Made by a program: the position numbers and the translations under genes. From a virus (taxonomy: Duplodnaviria; Caudoviricetes): a stretch of DNA of 64,000 bases. The stretch covers positions 64,001 through 128,000 of the IMG/VR virus record IMGVR_UViG_3300046787_000508; one strand, written 5' to 3'. The notes beneath the pieces are model-generated. The model ran no database searches and was not told where the DNA came from. It saw only the letters and a list, made by a program, of their open reading frames with translations. Shown one piece after another: positions 53,051 to 61,904 of this stretch (the first letter of the stretch is position 1; each line of letters starts with the position of its first letter).

Positions 53051-53654
53051 AAGTGAAATAGAATCATATCTAAAGAGATTACAAGAATTAGATGAACAAT
53101 TAAGTAATGACGAGGACGATATCGATGAAGGTGGTTTCATGTCTGAACTTAATAAAGTTTTGGGTGGATTATCTAACGATGTACAAAGTGAGTTATTGAA
53201 ATCAAATGACCTTGCTTTGGGTGGGGCTTTAAAAATTAACATAAAAAAATTACATCCCGATGCCGTCATACCATCCTATTCAAAAGATGGAGATGCGGGT
53301 ATGGATTTAACTATTGTACGTGAAATTGATAACACTTCATTTTATGTAACATATGGTTTTGGTATTGCAATTGAGATACCTAAAGGTTATGTTGGTTTAG
53401 TTTTCCCTCGTTCGTCTATACGTAACTTTGATTTGTTATTAACAAACGCAGTTGGAGTTATTGATAGTGGTTATCGAGGTGAGATACAAGCAACATTTAA
53501 AAAAACTGATGGTTTAGATTCTCTTAAATACAATGTAGGTGAACGAGGAGCACAAATAGTGATTATGCCATACCCCAAAGTTGAATTTAACGAGACGGAC
53601 ACATTATCATCAACAGAAAGAGGTGATGGTGGATTCGGTTCAACGGGTAAATAA
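53043..53654 (+). CDS. dut: Trimeric dUTPase with ~60-aa acidic N-terminal extension
   Basis: GDAGMDL, VFPRSS, GVIDSGYRGEI, GERGAQIVI, ERGDGGFGSTG (motifs I-V). Confidence 0.95.
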   Translation: MDKSEIESYLKRLQELDEQLSNDEDDIDEGGFMSELNKVLGGLSNDVQSELLKSNDLALGGALKINIKKLHPDAVIPSYSKDGDAGMDLTIVREIDNTSFYVTYGFGIAIEIPKGYVGLVFPRSSIRNFDLLLTNAVGVIDSGYRGEIQATFKKTDGLDSLKYNVGERGAQIVIMPYPKVEFNETDTLSSTERGDGGFGSTGK

Positions 53655-53686
53655 TAAACCCATAAAAAAAATAAAAAACGAGAGAT

Positions 53687-54409
53687 TTGTCAACAAAACC
53701 TAGAGTTAAAAAATATCCTCCTGTGGTAGAAGAAAGAAAAACTTCCCACAAAGAGAGAATTCGAGAAATTATAAAAAAACCAAAAGAGAAGTTCCTTACG
53801 TCTAACCAAGAAAAGTATTGGAATATTTTAGGTGATAATCAAATAACACTATGTTTTGGACCTGCGGGTGTTGGTAAATCATATATTGCAATGAAAAGAG
53901 CAATTGATTTATTACACGATGAGAATAACAAATATGAGAAAATCATTATTGTTAGACCGGCAGTTGAAGCGGAGGAAAAGTTAGGGTCATTACCTGGTGG
54001 TTTAGAAGAAAAATTAGACCCATACATTTACCCGTCATATTATTTGTTAAATAAAATTATTGGCAAAGATGCTCGTGAAACATTGAAAGATGAGGGTTAT
54101 ATTGAAGTTGCGGCATTGGCGTATATGAGAGGATGGAATGTGGATAACACAATACTTGTTTTCGAAGAAGCACAAAATGCAACACCCGCTCAAATTAAAT
54201 TACTTTTAACACGTATTGGATTTAATTCTAAATTTTTCCTTTCAGGAGATTTGGAACAATCGGATAAGTTTAAAGATAAGACAAAATCAGGTCTTTACGA
54301 TGCAAAGAAAAGATTAAATGATGTAAAAGGAATTGGAATTTTTGAATTCGATATGTCCGACATTGTTAGAAATCCAATAATTGGTGAAATTCTTAATAGA
54401 TACGAATAG
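53687..54409 (+). CDS. phoH: PhoH-like ATPase
   Basis: GPAGVGKS, IIIVRPAVEA.EKLG.LPG, LAYMRG, FEEAQN, GDLEQSD, DIVRNP.I. Confidence 0.95.
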   Translation: MSTKPRVKKYPPVVEERKTSHKERIREIIKKPKEKFLTSNQEKYWNILGDNQITLCFGPAGVGKSYIAMKRAIDLLHDENNKYEKIIIVRPAVEAEEKLGSLPGGLEEKLDPYIYPSYYLLNKIIGKDARETLKDEGYIEVAALAYMRGWNVDNTILVFEEAQNATPAQIKLLLTRIGFNSKFFLSGDLEQSDKFKDKTKSGLYDAKKRLNDVKGIGIFEFDMSDIVRNPIIGEILNRYE

Positions 54410-54411
54410 GG

Positions 54412-54440
54412 TTTACTTATAACATATTTGGTGGTATATT
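54412..54440 (+). promoter_or_regulatory. Sigma70-like promoter (TTTACT-17-TATATT)
   Basis: Exact 17-nt spacer; the -10 ends 6 nt before the ATG at 54447. Confidence 0.55.
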
Positions 54441-54446
54441 TCTATT

Positions 54447-55130
54447 ATGGAAGTATACATTAGCATCGACGGTGTTTTAAGAAACACAATACAAAAATTT
54501 GATTACCACTATGGTGAATCTTTTTTAGTATCAGAATTTGAAAATGAAACCGATTTCGAATATGGGGTAACTAAACCTATATTAAATAATAATTTATTAA
54601 ACTCATACAAATTCCAATCAAGGGACGAGTATGAGTTTTTCTTGTTTATGGAATACCCAATCGAAATATTCGGACACGCAGGTATAAGTTACCCAACAAC
54701 CTTTACCGACTTAAACAAATTCCTTTATGAAAATAAAGAACATAACATTACTTTGGTTGGTTTAGATGAATTAGGTAAGGCAAAACCCGCAACCTTATTT
54801 TTCTTGTCAAAGAATGGTTACTTAGGGGATAATATTAAATTTGTTAAGACTGAGGACTTACCTTCAGTTTGGAAAAAATGTGATTTATGGATTACTGATA
54901 GTCTTAACGTTATTGAGACATGTCCTAAAAATAAAAAAGTTGTTAAGTTTAATACGAAATACAACGAACACTTTACTAATAGTTTAGAAATTAATAAATT
55001 AACTGAAATAGAAACATCATGGTTGAAATCCTCGGAAAATATTATTACGTCGACATTGACTCAATTACTGAAAAATGTAAAACAGGGGAAATTATCAATG
55101 AAGAAGACGGAACACAAGGAACAGAAATAA
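54447..55130 (+). CDS. HAD-fold 5'(3')-nucleotidase-like protein lacking the nucleophile Asp
   Basis: ISIDGVLRN (normally IDIDGV), KPATLFFL..., CDLWITDS motif IV variant, FN..YN tail. Confidence 0.55.
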   Translation: MEVYISIDGVLRNTIQKFDYHYGESFLVSEFENETDFEYGVTKPILNNNLLNSYKFQSRDEYEFFLFMEYPIEIFGHAGISYPTTFTDLNKFLYENKEHNITLVGLDELGKAKPATLFFLSKNGYLGDNIKFVKTEDLPSVWKKCDLWITDSLNVIETCPKNKKVVKFNTKYNEHFTNSLEINKLTEIETSWLKSSENIITSTLTQLLKNVKQGKLSMKKTEHKEQK

Positions 55131-55294
55131 ACATATTCAAATATGAAATAATAAAAATGTGTCTAGAACGAATTATGTCGGAATACGATGAGGTCGATGA
55201 ACAAATGGGGGCATTAGCCACTCGTGAAATGTCGGTATCATTTAAATTGGCATTTAATACACTATTAAAAAATGAAATCTTAATCGAAGAATGA
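55019..55294 (+). CDS. Hypothetical protein
   Basis: 91-aa ORF whose stop overlaps the next ATG; typical codon and amino-acid usage. Confidence 0.7.
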   Translation: MVEILGKYYYVDIDSITEKCKTGEIINEEDGTQGTEINIFKYEIIKMCLERIMSEYDEVDEQMGALATREMSVSFKLAFNTLLKNEILIEE

Positions 55295-56358
55295 GCAACA
55301 ATCAAACAAACATTGAAAAATTAGAATCTGCATTAAGTAGAATCGAAAACAAGGAAAGTGTAATTTACTTTCTAACTTATGACACTAAGAATAACCCAAG
55401 AGCGTCTGTAAAAAATATTTACGACATGGCGCTTGCGTTAAAAGAAAATGGTTACAATGCCAAAATCTTAGTGGAAGATAACACGTACACAGGTGTACAA
55501 AATTGGTTAGGTGAGGAATATCTAAAATTAGACGTGGTATCAATTAAGGATGATAAAATTGAAATCATGGTTGACGATGTGATTGTAGTACCTGAACACT
55601 ACTCAAACGTATTACCTCAATTAACCAATGTTAAATCCGTTAAAGTGGTCTTAGTACAACAAAAAGATTACATTTTCGAGACATTATCAATTGGTAGTAA
55701 ATGGAGTGATTACGGTTTTGATAAAGCAATCACAACAACTGAGGAATCAAAAAAATACATCTCGGAATATTTCCCTGAAAGTTTAGTACATATCATTCCA
55801 CCATTCATTGGGGATAATTTCACTCCAACCGAAAAACCTATTAAACCATTTGTGGCTATTAGTAGTAGAGATAGATTAATTCACCGAAGATTAATTTCAG
55901 AATTTTATTTAAAGTACCCACAATTACGTTGGGTTACTTTTAGAGATATGGTCCAAATGACCTACGATGAATTCTCAGAAGCGTTAAAAGAATGTATGGT
56001 ATCTGTATGGGTTGACGATGAAAGTACCTTTGGTACATTCCCATTGGAGTCAATGAAATGTGGTGTACCTATTGTGGGTAAAATCCCAAATTCAGAACCA
56101 GAGTGGATGGACGAAAATGGATTATGGACTTATGATATCAATAAGTTAGTTGAAATTTTGGCAACTTATATTTTAGCTTGGTTAGAAGGTGTAGAATTAA
56201 CTGAAGAGGTAAAAGATAAAATGAAATCTACTGTTTTACCGTACACTAAAGAAAATCATAACAACAAGACATTGGCGGTTTTTGGGTCACTAATTTCAAT
56301 TAGAACCGAATCAATAAAAACAGCATTAACAAAATTAAAACAAGAAGAAACAGTATAA
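55291..56358 (+). CDS. Glycosyltransferase-like protein, GT-B fold
   Basis: SVKNIYDMA..LKENGY, DDVIVVPE, C-terminal DDESTFGTFPLESMKCGVPIVG is a variant of the GT4 EGFGLP.LEAMACG.PVV motif. Confidence 0.75.
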   Translation: MSNNQTNIEKLESALSRIENKESVIYFLTYDTKNNPRASVKNIYDMALALKENGYNAKILVEDNTYTGVQNWLGEEYLKLDVVSIKDDKIEIMVDDVIVVPEHYSNVLPQLTNVKSVKVVLVQQKDYIFETLSIGSKWSDYGFDKAITTTEESKKYISEYFPESLVHIIPPFIGDNFTPTEKPIKPFVAISSRDRLIHRRLISEFYLKYPQLRWVTFRDMVQMTYDEFSEALKECMVSVWVDDESTFGTFPLESMKCGVPIVGKIPNSEPEWMDENGLWTYDINKLVEILATYILAWLEGVELTEEVKDKMKSTVLPYTKENHNNKTLAVFGSLISIRTESIKTALTKLKQEETV

Positions 56359-56359
56359 C

Positions 56360-57148
56360 ATGAAAAAAATAACAATACTTTTACCAGTACATAAATTAGA
56401 CGGTGATGACATCATTATGTTGAAAAATGCAGTTGACTCTGTTGAGGATTTTCATAACGATGTTAAAGTTTCAATCATTGCACCAAAAAATCTAAAATCA
56501 CAATTAATCGAATTAGGTTTAAGTGAAAAATTAGAAATAAACATTCTTGAAAATACAACAAAACAAACTGATTTCGTAAGTCAGATTAATTTAGGTATTG
56601 AAAACTGTGATACTGAATGGTTCTCAATCTTAGAGATGGACGATGAGTATAATAAAGTTTGGTTAACTGCTGTTAGTGAATACGCTCACAACTATAAAGA
56701 CGTTGATGTTTTCTTACCGATAGTAAAAGATATCAATGTTGAAGGTTCATTCTTAAGTTTCACCAACGAATCGGTTTGGGCTTACGGGTTCACCGAAACT
56801 CAAGGTTATTTAGATAACGAAGTACTATTAGAATACCAAAACTACCAAACTAGTGGTGGTCTTTATAAGACTGAGGTAATCAAGGAAAATGGTTCATTTA
56901 AAGATAACATGAAGTTAACTTTTAGTTACGAACTATTATTAAGATTAACCCACAATGGTGTTAAAATCATGGGGGTACCGAAAATCGGATACCAACACGT
57001 AAACTTCAGAGAGAATTCGTTATTTTGGTCATATAAAAATGACGATAAAACAAAATTAACAGAGGAAGAAGTTAAATTTTGGTTAGAGACGGCCAAAAAA
57101 GAATTTTTCTTCAAAAATAAACGTGAGATAATTTATACAGAAGCTTAA
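56360..57148 (+). CDS. Glycosyltransferase family 2 (GT-A fold)
   Basis: ITILLPVH, INLGIENCDTEWFSILEMDDEY (DxD-like), FSYELLLRL..NG.KI...P...Y.H. Confidence 0.8.
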   Translation: MKKITILLPVHKLDGDDIIMLKNAVDSVEDFHNDVKVSIIAPKNLKSQLIELGLSEKLEINILENTTKQTDFVSQINLGIENCDTEWFSILEMDDEYNKVWLTAVSEYAHNYKDVDVFLPIVKDINVEGSFLSFTNESVWAYGFTETQGYLDNEVLLEYQNYQTSGGLYKTEVIKENGSFKDNMKLTFSYELLLRLTHNGVKIMGVPKIGYQHVNFRENSLFWSYKNDDKTKLTEEEVKFWLETAKKEFFFKNKREIIYTEA

Positions 57149-57846
57149 TGCCAAGACCCAGAACCCAAAAAATCTATTTTGGGGAGGAGCAAGAAAAGGC
57201 GGTAGTCAGTTACCTTGAAAGTACTGATGATGCGGAAAGAAACAAGATATTCAACGAATATTTAAGAGACCCTCTCACAATTATGGTTGAAAGTATCATT
57301 AGAAGATACAAACTATACAGGAAAGACTTTGAATTCATAGATTTACATACGGATACAATGTCTTTCCTAATTACAAAAATAAGTAAATTTGACCATACGA
57401 AGAACCATAAGGCTTATTCGTATTTTGGTACTATTTGTAAAAACTACCTTATGGGTGCAATACAAAAAGACCAAAAAGATATGAATAGAACAGTGTCTTA
57501 TGACGATATATCTTCGGATATTGAGGAGAGACCTGATTTAACATACGTCATTGACAACACTCCATTAGACTATAAAGATGTTATTGTTAAGTTAACAACA
57601 ACTTTAGAGGAATTTATGGAAAGAGAGGATTTGAACGAAAACGAACAAAAGTTAGGTTATGCCTTACTTGAAATATTCGGTAATTTCGACAAAATCTTTG
57701 AAGTCGGAGAAGGTAACAAGTTCAATAAGAACTTGATTCTCCTTTCATTAAGGGAAATGACATCATTATCAACTAAAGAAATCAGAGTGTCAATTAAGAA
57801 ATTCAAAAAAATGTACGATGGTATACTTTTTAATTTCCTAAATTAA
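57148..57846 (+). CDS. Phage RNA polymerase sigma factor (gp55-like)
   Basis: YFG..E.AV..Y, L..MVE.II.RY, KFD..K..KAYSYFGTICKNYL matches the gp55/sigma region 2 (KAFSYFT.I..N) pattern. Confidence 0.72.
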   Translation: MPRPRTQKIYFGEEQEKAVVSYLESTDDAERNKIFNEYLRDPLTIMVESIIRRYKLYRKDFEFIDLHTDTMSFLITKISKFDHTKNHKAYSYFGTICKNYLMGAIQKDQKDMNRTVSYDDISSDIEERPDLTYVIDNTPLDYKDVIVKLTTTLEEFMEREDLNENEQKLGYALLEIFGNFDKIFEVGEGNKFNKNLILLSLREMTSLSTKEIRVSIKKFKKMYDGILFNFLN

Positions 57847-57855
57847 GAAAAACTC

Positions 57856-57863
57856 TATTTATA
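57856..57863 (+). promoter_or_regulatory. TATTTATA motif (putative late promoter)
   Basis: 3 nt before the ATG at 57867. Confidence 0.5.
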
Positions 57864-57866
57864 TAG

Positions 57867-58250
57867 ATGAGACAGAGAAAAAATTTAATATCATTAGAAA
57901 TGGATTCGGCATTGGCTTTAATGCAGGAAATCTATAATGATATTGTAGAACAAAAGAACACAGCCTCTTTAATTACAAAGAAAATGTTAACTTTTATGAA
58001 GGATGCTGAGGATATGAGTGTTATTGGTCCCGTAATTAAGGAACAACAAAAAATCCTTAATGATTGTACTGAAAAGAAAATATCACTTGTTAAGTTACAA
58101 GGGGTATTATTAAAACAATCGGGAACAACTGGTGGAAGTACGGATAAAGGATTTGGTAAATTAACATTATCGGATGATGATAGGGATTTACTTGAGAAAT
58201 TGGTTAATGACCAAGATAACGATACAAAAACAGGTAACTACACTATATAA
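57867..58250 (+). CDS. Hypothetical coiled-coil protein
   Basis: 127-aa ORF heading an operon of structural genes. Confidence 0.7.
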   Translation: MRQRKNLISLEMDSALALMQEIYNDIVEQKNTASLITKKMLTFMKDAEDMSVIGPVIKEQQKILNDCTEKKISLVKLQGVLLKQSGTTGGSTDKGFGKLTLSDDDRDLLEKLVNDQDNDTKTGNYTI

Positions 58251-60145
58251 TGTCTAAAATTGAAAAAACCAGAAGTAAGATAAGGTCAAAATTAGATGCC
58301 ATAAAGGCGATTAATAATGACCCGAGCATGGTCGACAAAATGTTTGACGATGTCTTCGATGCACACAAAGAAGACTTACCTGATATTGGTGGATTCATGC
58401 AAAAACGTATTACCGACCTAACCTCAAAAGTTAAGGGTAAATCCAAAAACAAAAAAGACGTTTTTGGTGAACTTATAAAAACAGTTGAGGGATTTTTAGG
58501 GACGGATAAACAAGACAACTCAAACCTTAAAAAGAAACCACTTGTTAAAAGTAAATTAAAAAAATACGCTAAGGAGTCGGCACATCTTACTTTACAGGAT
58601 TCGAGAAACATTGTTCTAAATTCGGTAAAACAAACCTTATTTGGTGGGGACGGAGTTTGTGGTGGAAATAGTACATTTCCATCCGATACTTCAAGAATTT
58701 CACCAAAAGAATTTGATTTCATGAACGTACTAAAATTAGACCCAGATTCAATGGCGGGTACAATTATGTATGAAAATCAGGATACAAATCAAGGACATGT
58801 AAAACTTAATAGAAAACTTTTCGAATCTTTTGATAATACCTCACCATATTTCTTCCAAACAAAAGATTACAATACTTTATTTTCTTTACAATGGGATAGT
58901 AATACTCAGGAATATAATATTTCAGGATTACAAGGTGTAACCGGTCAAACCCAAGTAGGGGATTTCTTAACAAACTACTATAATGGTATTGAGTATCCCG
59001 ACATTCAACACGTAGTTAAAACTGCAATGTTAATGACACTACAAGGAGATGGTGGAGAACCTAGTTCTTTTGGTTCGGGTATGAACGATTTAGATAGGTT
59101 ATTACAGAAATTATTTGCACTATGTGGTACACCACCTAAAAAGAACCCATTAAAGGCCGACACTGCCGACCAATTCAATGAAGATGAGGAAGATATTACT
59201 TCTTATTTTGATTTTGACGATGTCGAAGGTATCGATTTAGATGATGAGGCAAATAGAAAAAGAAGAGTTTTAAAATTTAGAGATTGTGACAATTTTGAGG
59301 TTCCAATAAATTCCAATCACATGGAGGATTTTGTTTTCTTATTAAACGGTAAAAACTTAGACCAAAATGTTGATGACACTTTATTGAAAACTGCCGCAGA
59401 TGCTAGTGAACAAGGTTCATTAGGTATTGATGATTTACAACTATCAATTTTAAACACATTCATTTTACAATTACCAAAAGCATTAGTGAGTAGTGTTCTA
59501 TCACCTAAAATGTTTCTACCGATTGTGATTCTTTATAAACAATTTCAAAATGTTGTATTGTCAGCTAAAGAATTAATGAAAAAATTGGCAAAATTGTTTG
59601 TTACCATTGTTAAGGCTCTATTTTGGAGATTCCTTGCTGAATTTTGGAAATTTGTAAAGAAAGACTTATTGGAATTTATTAAAAAAATTGCAATAAAAAT
59701 CTTCAAAAATAAATTAAAAAGATGGAAAGGTATCATATTAGCATTAATTGCATTATTAATAAAAATTCTTACCGAACAACTCGAGAGTTGTGAACAAATC
59801 TTTAATTTAATACTACAGACAATTCAAGGTGCATTAAACGCTCCAATAAAAATTCCTATACCAGGGTTACTATTGGTGTTCTCAGATATGCTTCCCGGTT
59901 TCAGTAGTGATAGAGCGTTTATGAATGTTAACGAGAGATTAACGGCCATGGGTGTCAATATGGGACCGTTGTATGGTTCTGAAAATAAATTAAACTCAAT
60001 CATAAAAGGTATTATTGATGGTCACACAGAGGAGGTTGATGCCAATTCATTTATAAAAATTGCACTTAAACCTTCAATCATACCGGCAGGTCCTGGTGGT
60101 GCGGTAATATCACCATTGGTAACGGGTGTAGGTAAAATGTTCTAA
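58250..60145 (+). CDS. Hypothetical structural protein with a long cationic amphipathic/hydrophobic helix
   Basis: 631 aa; segment KLFVTIVKALFWRFLAEFWKFVKKDLLEFIKKIAIKIFKNKLKRWKGIILALIALLIKIL. Confidence 0.7.
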   Translation: MSKIEKTRSKIRSKLDAIKAINNDPSMVDKMFDDVFDAHKEDLPDIGGFMQKRITDLTSKVKGKSKNKKDVFGELIKTVEGFLGTDKQDNSNLKKKPLVKSKLKKYAKESAHLTLQDSRNIVLNSVKQTLFGGDGVCGGNSTFPSDTSRISPKEFDFMNVLKLDPDSMAGTIMYENQDTNQGHVKLNRKLFESFDNTSPYFFQTKDYNTLFSLQWDSNTQEYNISGLQGVTGQTQVGDFLTNYYNGIEYPDIQHVVKTAMLMTLQGDGGEPSSFGSGMNDLDRLLQKLFALCGTPPKKNPLKADTADQFNEDEEDITSYFDFDDVEGIDLDDEANRKRRVLKFRDCDNFEVPINSNHMEDFVFLLNGKNLDQNVDDTLLKTAADASEQGSLGIDDLQLSILNTFILQLPKALVSSVLSPKMFLPIVILYKQFQNVVLSAKELMKKLAKLFVTIVKALFWRFLAEFWKFVKKDLLEFIKKIAIKIFKNKLKRWKGIILALIALLIKILTEQLESCEQIFNLILQTIQGALNAPIKIPIPGLLLVFSDMLPGFSSDRAFMNVNERLTAMGVNMGPLYGSENKLNSIIKGIIDGHTEEVDANSFIKIALKPSIIPAGPGGAVISPLVTGVGKMF

Positions 60146-60146
60146 T

Positions 60147-60344
60147 ATGGATAAAGATAAAATCATTGAAATTGTACAAAACGTAAAAGATAAATCAAAT
60201 AAAGATTTAATTGAGAGTAGAGACGTGCTAGCTGATGAGTATGAAAAAACAAAAACTCTTATTGTTGATTTAACAAGACATTTGGAGATTGTGGAGAATT
60301 ACTACAACACAGTTAATAATGAAGTTGGAAATAGAATGACGTAA
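60147..60344 (+). CDS. Hypothetical coiled-coil protein
   Basis: 65-aa ORF, tightly packed. Confidence 0.65.
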   Translation: MDKDKIIEIVQNVKDKSNKDLIESRDVLADEYEKTKTLIVDLTRHLEIVENYYNTVNNEVGNRMT

Positions 60345-60345
60345 T

Positions 60346-61881
60346 ATGAAAATAATTGACATTGCGGTTTGTGTTAATAACATAGACCCTAAAGGTATCG
60401 GTAGAGTTAGATATAGACCTTATGGATTGTATCTAAGTGAAATTGAAGGTGGGATAAAGTACGAAGAGTGGGATGAAAATGACCCACTTATTGCGTTACC
60501 ATTCCTACCTGCACATATCAATATTATTCCGAAAATACAATCGTCAATCAAATTAATAAAATATGACACCGACAAGGATACTCAAAATGTTGAATATGTA
60601 ACCGGTCCCTTTAGTTCTCCACACGATTTTGGAAGTGAGTCTTTTACCTCACAAAACAAATACACCACGTATGGTGGGGTTATCGTTTCAGATAGAAAAG
60701 ATGTTCGTACTAAGGAAGGTAAATTAATATCCCCATTAACCGAGGGTTCGTTTGCTAAGTTAAATGACATTAGTATCAACGGTGATTACGGTTCCGATGT
60801 AATTTTTACCGAAAACGGTGTTCAAATTAGAGGAGGGGCATTAATAAACAAAGATGCGGGAAATAACTCTAAATTCAAACAAAGTTTAATGGATTTCCCA
60901 CAAGTTGCAAAAAAGATGGGTAGATTCGGATTAAAGAAATTCCCACATACAATGCAATTGGTTTCAGAAGATGTTGTCATATCAAAACAAGTTGTTTCAA
61001 AATTAAAATATCTTGTTGAATTTGAAGTCGATAGTTTCACGTCCCCAACAAAATTAGATTTGTTTGTTTATAAAATAATTGATGAATACGGTTCTAAATT
61101 TAGCACCGTTAATTTTAATCAAAACACCGTAATTGATAGAACCGATACTAAAGTTGTTAAATTGATAAACGTAGACAATACGTTAACAACCCCAACAGTT
61201 AGTAAAGATATTGTCGGCACAACTAATACCGAAAAAATACAAAGTGTATATGTTAACATGAGAGAATTGTTACATATTATTGACATGAGAGGACTTGGAG
61301 ATTTAGACCCATCATTTGAACCTACAGATTGTCACCCATTTTACTATAGACCCACCCCAACGTTCCTTACAACTATACCATCAACACCTCAAGGTATTGA
61401 AAACAAAACTAAAATTGTACAAAAGATACAAGTTAGAAATAGATTGGGAGATAATGGATTGGTTTATTCTAAAACAAGTCTTTATGCACCATTTATCGAT
61501 GAAAAAAAGAAGGAAATTAAAATTAAACACGTAAAAGATGCGGGGGAACAATCGTTCTCATACTTAAGTTCAGATAAGGTGTACCTACTTTCAACCTCAC
61601 CTAACATTGGTGTGAACGTTGAATCAATTAATTTTAATGAACTAAGCGAATACGAATTAACTCAAGAAGATTACGTAAAATCTATTGACCCTAAGACATA
61701 TGCGTTAGTTAGGGGCGAAAATCTATATAATGTGTTAGTTGCATTTAAAAATATTATAGACAGTCACGTCCATAATATCAACGAACCTTTGGAAAAAGGA
61801 GACCCTAATTGGTTAAAATTAGACGAATTAATATCAACTTTACGAAATGACCTTTTAAATGATTCAATTAGAATAAACTAA
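60346..61881 (+). CDS. Baseplate central spike protein (gp5/gpV-like OB fold, C-terminal HxH)
   Basis: N-terminal V.N.DPKGIGRVR....A.P.LP......PK....I.LI OB fold; C-terminal LVRGENL...IDSHVH; no lysozyme domain seen. Confidence 0.7.
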   Translation: MKIIDIAVCVNNIDPKGIGRVRYRPYGLYLSEIEGGIKYEEWDENDPLIALPFLPAHINIIPKIQSSIKLIKYDTDKDTQNVEYVTGPFSSPHDFGSESFTSQNKYTTYGGVIVSDRKDVRTKEGKLISPLTEGSFAKLNDISINGDYGSDVIFTENGVQIRGGALINKDAGNNSKFKQSLMDFPQVAKKMGRFGLKKFPHTMQLVSEDVVISKQVVSKLKYLVEFEVDSFTSPTKLDLFVYKIIDEYGSKFSTVNFNQNTVIDRTDTKVVKLINVDNTLTTPTVSKDIVGTTNTEKIQSVYVNMRELLHIIDMRGLGDLDPSFEPTDCHPFYYRPTPTFLTTIPSTPQGIENKTKIVQKIQVRNRLGDNGLVYSKTSLYAPFIDEKKKEIKIKHVKDAGEQSFSYLSSDKVYLLSTSPNIGVNVESINFNELSEYELTQEDYVKSIDPKTYALVRGENLYNVLVAFKNIIDSHVHNINEPLEKGDPNWLKLDELISTLRNDLLNDSIRIN

Positions 61882-61885
61882 TTGA

Positions 61886-61892
61886 TATTTAT
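61886..61892 (+). promoter_or_regulatory. TATTTAT motif (putative late promoter)
   Basis: GATATTTATT, 12 nt before the ATG at 61905. Confidence 0.55.
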
Positions 61893-61904
61893 TAAATAAA
61901 AAAG

